Shown: positions 5,410 to 9,317 of the stretch, piece by piece
Layout: each line of letters opens with the position of its first letter
How positions within the stretch are numbered: the first letter of the stretch is position 1
DNA from: Candidatus Iainarchaeum sp.
GTDB lineage: Archaea; Iainarchaeota; Iainarchaeia; Iainarchaeales; 0-14-0-20-34-12
DNA length: 9,317 nucleotides
Assembly: GCA_030649345.1 (NCBI GenBank)
Contig: JAUSKK010000024.1
Location: forward strand, 1 to 9,317
Direction of reading: 5' to 3'
Translations under genes and position numbers: made by a program
The notes under the pieces: generated by a model
Told to the model about the DNA's origin: nothing
Seen by the model: only the letters and a program-made list of their open reading frames with translations
The model's database searches: none

Positions 5410-5550
5410 TCATTTTTTTCGTTTTTCGTGATCGTCAACCAATCTATTAATGATTGTGTCATAGGTTTCGTCTTTTTTTCCAAGATCACGTAAGCGTTCT
5501 CTTGTTTTCGGTGTTAATTGAATTGTTGTAATTTGTTTTGGCAAAGGCAT
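5410..5550 (-). CDS. Small ribbon-helix-helix (CopG/VapB-like) DNA-binding protein, 46 aa, with no adjacent recognisable toxin
   Basis: Too short for the ORF track. Translation: MPLPKQITTIQLTPKTRERLRDLGKKDETYDTIINRLVDDHEKRKK. The layout is a beta-strand (ITTIQLT), helix (PKTRERLRDLG), then helix (ETYDTIINRLV), as in RHH antitoxins and regulators. A TATA-like box lies 27-28 nt upstream of the ATG, with an imperfect palindrome in between. Confidence 0.65.
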   Translation of the reverse strand: MPLPKQITTIQLTPKTRERLRDLGKKDETYDTIINRLVDDHEKRKK

Positions 5551-5552
5551 AG

Positions 5553-5573
5553 CACTATATGATGCACATAGTG
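5553..5573. promoter_or_regulatory. Imperfect 21-bp palindrome (CACTATATGATGCACATAGTG) between the TATA box and the ATG of the RHH gene; candidate operator
   Basis: Eight of 10 arm positions pair. The outer arms CACTAT/ATAGTG are perfect. It sits immediately upstream of the start codon at 5550. Confidence 0.45.
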
Positions 5574-5581
5574 ATTAAAAA
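5574..5581 (-). promoter_or_regulatory. TATA-like box (TTTTTAAT) about 27-28 nt upstream of the RHH ATG
   Basis: Position only; the spacing is typical of leaderless archaeal transcripts. Confidence 0.4.
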
Positions 5582-5627
5582 GTTATCTGTGCAAAAACGT
5601 GCTAGTTCGATTAAAATTTGTTAAAAC

Positions 5628-5640
5628 GTTAGGCACTACA
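5628..5640. repeat. 13-bp direct repeat copy 2 (GTTAGGCACTACA)
   Basis: It is an exact match to 5385-5397. It is preceded by a TATA-like ATTAAAAT with a 10-nt gap. It lies 78 nt upstream of the RHH ATG and 68 nt beyond the stop of the 2-TM protein gene. Confidence 0.6.
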
Positions 5641-5707
5641 AGCCATAATTGTGTTCCAGCTTAGCTGTTTTATAAGTCAGATGAGTTGAGCAAACATTAA
5701 GGATTCT

Positions 5708-6760
5708 TTATAGCAGACAATCCCCGATAGTTGGATAACGATAATTTTCACTGCCTTGAATTTTAATCTTTTTCATTGTTTTAATTTCTTTTTTTAGAAT
5801 TGTCGCTGGCAAAATAGTTATTTCCTTTTCTTTAAGAATTTGTCGCAGAAATTTATCTAATTTATTACAATTTTTTGGAGGTGTTTCTGAAAAGTTTTGG
5901 CTTTTTTTAAAAATACTTGTGCTCCATTGAATATGTCCATAATGTGCAATTCTACTCAACCAAATTGTAAACGAATAAAACTCGCCAATGGTTTCACGCC
6001 CTAAAAATTCAATGTGCAATGCTTCCACAGACGGAATGGATATTTTATTCCCGAGAACTGCCTCGTACTCCAACAACCCAGTTACTCTGCCATAAAATTT
6101 AACAATATCATTCTCCAACAATCTTGTTCCATGATAATTATGTAAGTAAATAATTTCATGATCAAATGATGCTGAAGGGGCTGCATCCACCCTAAAACTT
6201 TGATTGGGGAGTCCGTCAACAATCTGAAGTATCCTACCGGTATAAACAACTATTTTTCCCAAGTGTGCCTCATTATATCTAAATAAATCTGTGTATGCAA
6301 TTGCCTGAGCTGATGCCTTCACTTCATCGACAGACATATTATTTGTGTTTAAAGTTTCTCTGTCATAGTCCGTGCTTCTGCTAATCATTACTTGCAAAAT
6401 AATAACTATCAGTGCGATTGTCAAAACTGTACGCACATTTCTAACCAACCATGTTGCTTGTGTTGGTTGTTCTTTTTTCTCTTCAGCAAGAGTAGTGGTA
6501 AATTGTTTAACTTCACTAAGAAAATGCCTTTTCTGAAAGATCCAATAGATAACACCAATTAGTCCAACAAAGTAAACAAACAGCAAAATAATTGTTCTTA
6601 GTTTTTTTATTCGGCTATTTTCTTTTTTAGTCCCAGTATCATATTCAAATTTGCCCCACCAAGTATCTTTTCGTACTAACAAACCGCCATCAATTGTTTC
6701 AGTAACCTCGTACCCTCTTAGTTTGAGCTTCCGTATTGTATCTAGCTTATTTTGATCCAT
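5708..6760 (-). CDS. Two-TM membrane protein (350 aa): small cytoplasmic N-domain, extracytoplasmic beta-rich domain, extra C-terminal region of about 90 aa
   Basis: This is a complete ORF. The TM segments are LRTIILLFVYFVGLIGVIYWIF and VRTVLTIALIVIILQVMI. The ectodomain reads YTDLFRYNEAHLGKIVVYTGRILQIVDG...IIYLHNYHGTRLLENDIVKFYGRVTGLLEYEAVLGNKISIPSVEALHIE. It resembles a domain pattern I recall from C-termini of membrane-anchored or lipoproteins, but I cannot name the family. Confidence 0.8.
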   Translation of the reverse strand: MDQNKLDTIRKLKLRGYEVTETIDGGLLVRKDTWWGKFEYDTGTKKENSRIKKLRTIILLFVYFVGLIGVIYWIFQKRHFLSEVKQFTTTLAEEKKEQPTQATWLVRNVRTVLTIALIVIILQVMISRSTDYDRETLNTNNMSVDEVKASAQAIAYTDLFRYNEAHLGKIVVYTGRILQIVDGLPNQSFRVDAAPSASFDHEIIYLHNYHGTRLLENDIVKFYGRVTGLLEYEAVLGNKISIPSVEALHIEFLGRETIGEFYSFTIWLSRIAHYGHIQWSTSIFKKSQNFSETPPKNCNKLDKFLRQILKEKEITILPATILKKEIKTMKKIKIQGSENYRYPTIGDCLL

Positions 6761-6784
6761 TTTACCACTGACCTAAACTATTGC

Positions 6785-6791
6785 ATAATAT
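6785..6791 (-). promoter_or_regulatory. TATA-like box (ATATTAT) about 28 nt upstream of the ATG at 6760
   Basis: Position only; the background is AT-rich. Confidence 0.3.
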
Positions 6792-6879
6792 GCTTGTTGA
6801 ATATTTAATATTTAATCCTTAATAAACCATTGCTGACTGGATAATAAGTTCATTGAATGAACCTAATTAATGTGTTTTA

Positions 6880-6926
6880 GGTGCGGATTGAGTCAAGAGA
6901 GTATTGAGTTCTCAAGTTTCCGCACC
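6880..6926. other. Long imperfect hairpin, GC-rich at its base, in the 234-nt spacer between the AbiE-like pair and the 2-TM gene
   Basis: GGTGCGGA (6880-6887) pairs perfectly with TCCGCACC (6919-6926). The stem continues with TTGAG (6888-6892) / CTCAA (6911-6915) and TCAA (6893-6896) / TTGA (6904-6907). Confidence 0.45.
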
Positions 6927-6963
6927 CGTGCAAATTAAGAAAAACGCAGTTAATATGAATGCG

Positions 6964-6980
6964 GTTGAATGAAATTCAAC
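6964..6980 (-). terminator. Hairpin GTTGAAT-GAA-ATTCAAC 15 nt downstream of the AbiEii-like stop; T5 tract about 20 nt further on
   Basis: It has a perfect 7-bp stem and a 3-nt loop. Minus-strand TTTTT lies at 6940-6944. Its function as a terminator is inferred. Confidence 0.25.
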
Positions 6981-6994
6981 GAATGGGTTGACTC

Positions 6995-7996
6995 TTATTT
7001 TTGATTCATTTTTTCTTGCAGATTTGATTCTTCAAGATATGTGACTAAATAGGCAAGTGTTTTTGGGGCAAGTATTTTGAGTTCATGAATATGCTTTGGA
7101 TCAAACTGGGAAATTAATTGTTTTTCCATTTTTGCTGATGCTTCCTTGTCAGTGGAAAACGTAAGTAATTTTTCCATTTTTTCAATTGAACTCAAGCAAT
7201 TTTTACTGGAAAGAATAATTTGAAGAACTGCAATTAGCCGATATGTCATTTCCCAGTAATCTGCTTTTTTGATGATCCCAGTTCGGAGATACTGCGTAAA
7301 ACTTTGCAGGTTCCCTTTAGAAACAGCGCTTCTTTTGCTGTTTTCGTCAACTGACTGAAACAATGCATGAATTGCATTTTCAATACTTTGATCTGAGGTA
7401 AAACTTGTTTTTCGAACATGATTCTGAATTTTACAAATTTGATTAAAATGCTCTTTGATTTTTTCAGAAAACAAAGTTTCATCCAGCAAACAATTGGAGT
7501 CAAAAACATCTTTTAAAAAATTCATCTGAAAATCAGATTTGTCAAATTCGCGGCCGATAGTGCCAATGCACAAAGAAGCTAGTTTTGAAGCAAGCAAATA
7601 TTCTTTTTTTGCAATATTCACCCTGAATTTTTTCCCTTTCAAATCAATTGTTTTAGATTCAAATTCACTGGAATTTTTTGCAAATGAAAACCGTGCAATA
7701 TCAATTTTGACTTTCACTTGATTTCGGACAGCAGTATAAAAGAAAAACAAGTCTTGACTTTTCACAGGCCGTTTTTCAACTTGATAATCAGATTCTAAAA
7801 CAGATAACAATGGTTCCGGTTTGCCATCATAAAATAAATCCAAATCAATCGACAAACGTCTTGGTTTTTTCAATACAGCTTGAATGGCGCTTCCGCCAAT
7901 AAACACTAATGTTTTATTTTCAGTTTTAGCTCGGCTGGCAAGCAATTCAAGTAATTCAAATACTTGCATTTGCCGTTTTTCAAATTCAGTATTCAT
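6995..7996 (-). CDS. abiEii: AbiEii/DUF1814-type nucleotidyltransferase (type IV toxin / abortive-infection family)
   Basis: LVFIGGSAIQAVLKKPRRLSIDLDLF (nt 7838-7897) has G-G-S, then 14 residues, then D-L-D. That is the pol-beta NTase motif in the form typical of AbiEii. A later KDVFD (nt 7499-7513) sits where the family has RD.YD. The start overlaps the upstream stop by ATGA. Confidence 0.75.
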   Translation of the reverse strand: MNTEFEKRQMQVFELLELLASRAKTENKTLVFIGGSAIQAVLKKPRRLSIDLDLFYDGKPEPLLSVLESDYQVEKRPVKSQDLFFFYTAVRNQVKVKIDIARFSFAKNSSEFESKTIDLKGKKFRVNIAKKEYLLASKLASLCIGTIGREFDKSDFQMNFLKDVFDSNCLLDETLFSEKIKEHFNQICKIQNHVRKTSFTSDQSIENAIHALFQSVDENSKRSAVSKGNLQSFTQYLRTGIIKKADYWEMTYRLIAVLQIILSSKNCLSSIEKMEKLLTFSTDKEASAKMEKQLISQFDPKHIHELKILAPKTLAYLVTYLEESNLQEKMNQK

Positions 7997-8667
7997 AAAT
8001 TATCCACTTTCTCCAATGCACGCAAAAAACGTTCACCCATTGCAAGATATCTTGGATCCATTTCACTTGCAGAAACAATGCCTTTTTTTTCAAGCTTATA
8101 CAACAAAACATCAATAAATGAACCAATATAACGGCGTGTTGCATACCGTTTTAATTCAGATAACCGAACTTCATTTTTTTTCAGATACCAAACCAATGCA
8201 TCCAAAGCTTCCTCAACTGAAAAAGGAAGCCAATCCCGCAAAGAATACGTAATCAGGTCAACCAAGCGCCGTTCAAGAAAAGGAAAACGAATATTTTTAT
8301 TTGCCAAATCTCTTGTATGCTCACTGGTTTCCCTAAAATCTTTTCTTCCAATCACAACAATAACATCCCGAATTTCTTCTGTTGAACTTGCATTAGCCCA
8401 TGCTTCATTTATTGCTTTAGGCTTTCTTTCCCCGCTATAAATTAAATAATTGCGCAAAGTCGGTTCATTCACCAGAACACGAATAGCTTCAGGCCTAGCA
8501 ATTTCTTCACATTCAATAAAAACCATATTTCTCCGAACATTATGGAATAACGGAAGAAAATCCGACAAATCCCAAATCGCAAAAGTCAAATGAATAAAGT
8601 TTCTATGAACAATGTCCGCAATCTTAACAGTATTGTTCGCAATGTGATCCACACGATTAATTGTCAT
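7993..8667 (-). CDS. Upstream partner of the AbiEii-like NTase (224 aa), in the antitoxin/regulator position but with no canonical N-terminal AbiEi wHTH visible
   Basis: Complete ORF with ATG at 8667. There is a 4-nt ATGA overlap with the NTase gene. The only HTH-like stretch is C-terminal (RYIGSFIDVLLYKLEKKGIVS). Its own TATA-like box and palindrome lie upstream. Confidence 0.7.
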   Translation of the reverse strand: MTINRVDHIANNTVKIADIVHRNFIHLTFAIWDLSDFLPLFHNVRRNMVFIECEEIARPEAIRVLVNEPTLRNYLIYSGERKPKAINEAWANASSTEEIRDVIVVIGRKDFRETSEHTRDLANKNIRFPFLERRLVDLITYSLRDWLPFSVEEALDALVWYLKKNEVRLSELKRYATRRYIGSFIDVLLYKLEKKGIVSASEMDPRYLAMGERFLRALEKVDNL

Positions 8668-8684
8668 ATAACATATTATATGAC
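8663..8684. promoter_or_regulatory. Perfect 9-bp inverted repeat with 4-nt spacer (GTCATATAA-CATA-TTATATGAC) covering the start codon of the 224-aa gene; candidate autoregulatory operator
   Basis: The arms are 8663-8671 and 8676-8684. The ATG occupies 8665-8667. It lies between the TATA-like box (8692-8699) and the coding region. Confidence 0.5.
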
Positions 8685-8691
8685 AAGTTAG

Positions 8692-8699
8692 CTTTTAAA
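8692..8699 (-). promoter_or_regulatory. TATA-like box (TTTAAAAG) about 28 nt upstream of the ATG at 8667
   Basis: Spacing fits a leaderless transcript for the AbiE-like pair. Confidence 0.4.
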
Positions 8700-8727
8700 G
8701 GCTTTCCATACCAGTTCAGAGTCATAC

Positions 8728-9317
8728 CTATTTGGGTAATCCGAATAACTCCTTTATTTTAGATACTACTTCAGTTCTAGTCAAAGTTTTTCCATACTGC
8801 AAATATTCTTTTTTCAAATGAGAATGCGTTACAACAAAATACCAGTCTTTAGAAAGCTTTCTTAATTGTTCGAGTTTTGCGCTTTTCTTTTCATTACTTG
8901 CATTCGGAAAATCTCCAGTTTCAATTTCAAACGCAATACGTTTTTCTCCAACCTTAAAAATTATGTCCGGATTCGTTGAACCATAACGCTGAACTTCGCC
9001 AGTATACTTTTGAATTTCATCATAAATTAATTCAGTTAAAAGAAAATGGTTTCTTCCCTCGTTTGCCAGTTCATTACAAACCATATAAGCATTGCCTTGT
9101 CCTTCACCAAACCCAGCATCTCGAACTTCACTCCAACCAGCAGTCTGCAAAATATCAGCTTCTTCTAATGACAATTCGTTCTTTTTCCAATATGCTCTCT
9201 TGAATAAATCACAAGACTTTTCAACAGGTTTTTTCTGTAATTCTTTTAATTTTTCTCTTGCTTTTAATTCCTCTGGATTTGTAGTAATAATCTCATATTC
9301 TTTTTCGCTGGCAATTA
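8728..9317 (-). CDS. Protein with C-terminal PD-(D/E)xK-like nuclease domain; 5' end lies outside the window
   Basis: The ORF track starts it at a TTG (9174), but the same frame has no stop up to base 9317 (...IASEKEYEIITTNPEELKAREKLKELQKKPVEKSCDLFKRAYWKKNE-LSLEEAD...). The core reads HFLLTELIYDEIQKY ... NPDIIFKVGEKRIAFEIETGD (nt 8917-8967). This follows a helix-with-E, PD, then hydrophobic strand E-x-E/T layout typical of restriction-endonuclease-like folds. Confidence 0.65.
   Translation of the reverse strand, partial: IASEKEYEIITTNPEELKAREKLKELQKKPVEKSCDLFKRAYWKKNELSLEEADILQTAGWSEVRDAGFGEGQGNAYMVCNELANEGRNHFLLTELIYDEIQKYTGEVQRYGSTNPDIIFKVGEKRIAFEIETGDFPNASNEKKSAKLEQLRKLSKDWYFVVTHSHLKKEYLQYGKTLTRTEVVSKIKELFGLPK

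Noticed and set aside
7246-8117. Track ORFs 7246..7509(-), 7539..7721(+) and 7884..8117(+)
   Set aside because: These are alternative-frame or antisense shadows inside the AbiEii-like gene and its partner gene. None has its own motif or promoter.
8976-9203. 75-aa plus-strand ORF
   Set aside because: It is antisense to the nuclease-like ORF, which is open for at least 590 nt and carries a recognisable motif.
1-9317. CRISPR array, rRNA gene, transposase or integrase, prophage structural genes
   Set aside because: I looked for regularly spaced repeats of 25-40 bp, long GC-rich structured stretches, and DDE or tyrosine-recombinase-like ORFs on both strands, and found none.

Overview
This AT-rich window (roughly one-third GC by eye) reads as archaeal, probably from a small-genome DPANN-like lineage. 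That lineage call is inference. It rests on three things: an intron-containing tRNA-Lys(CUU), a 42-codon eL41 ribosomal protein gene, and TATA-like boxes centred about 26-29 nt upstream of most unit-leading ATGs, which suggests a leaderless layout. Every gene except one small Zn-ribbon ORF is on the minus strand. The left part (1-5245) looks like housekeeping and cell-envelope genes. It holds the N-terminus of a RelA/SpoT-like gene, a GC-rich island of unknown function, the tRNA, eL41 and a Tyr/Gly-rich secreted protein. It also holds a tightly packed four-gene envelope operon: repeat-bearing lipoprotein, unknown basic-tailed protein, DUF1624-like membrane protein and DUF192-like lipoprotein. 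The right part (5246-9317) looks accessory or defence-like. It contains an orphan 46-aa ribbon-helix-helix gene that is absent from the ORF track and sits in a field of repeated RTAGTG motifs and a 13-bp direct repeat. It also contains a 2-TM protein and an AbiE-type nucleotidyltransferase pair (ATGA overlap, palindrome over the start codon) whose upstream partner does not look like a canonical AbiEi. The last gene is a PD-(D/E)xK-like nuclease ORF that stays open to the right window edge. I saw no CRISPR array, rRNA gene, integrase or transposase. All family assignments are motif recognition by eye, with no searches run.
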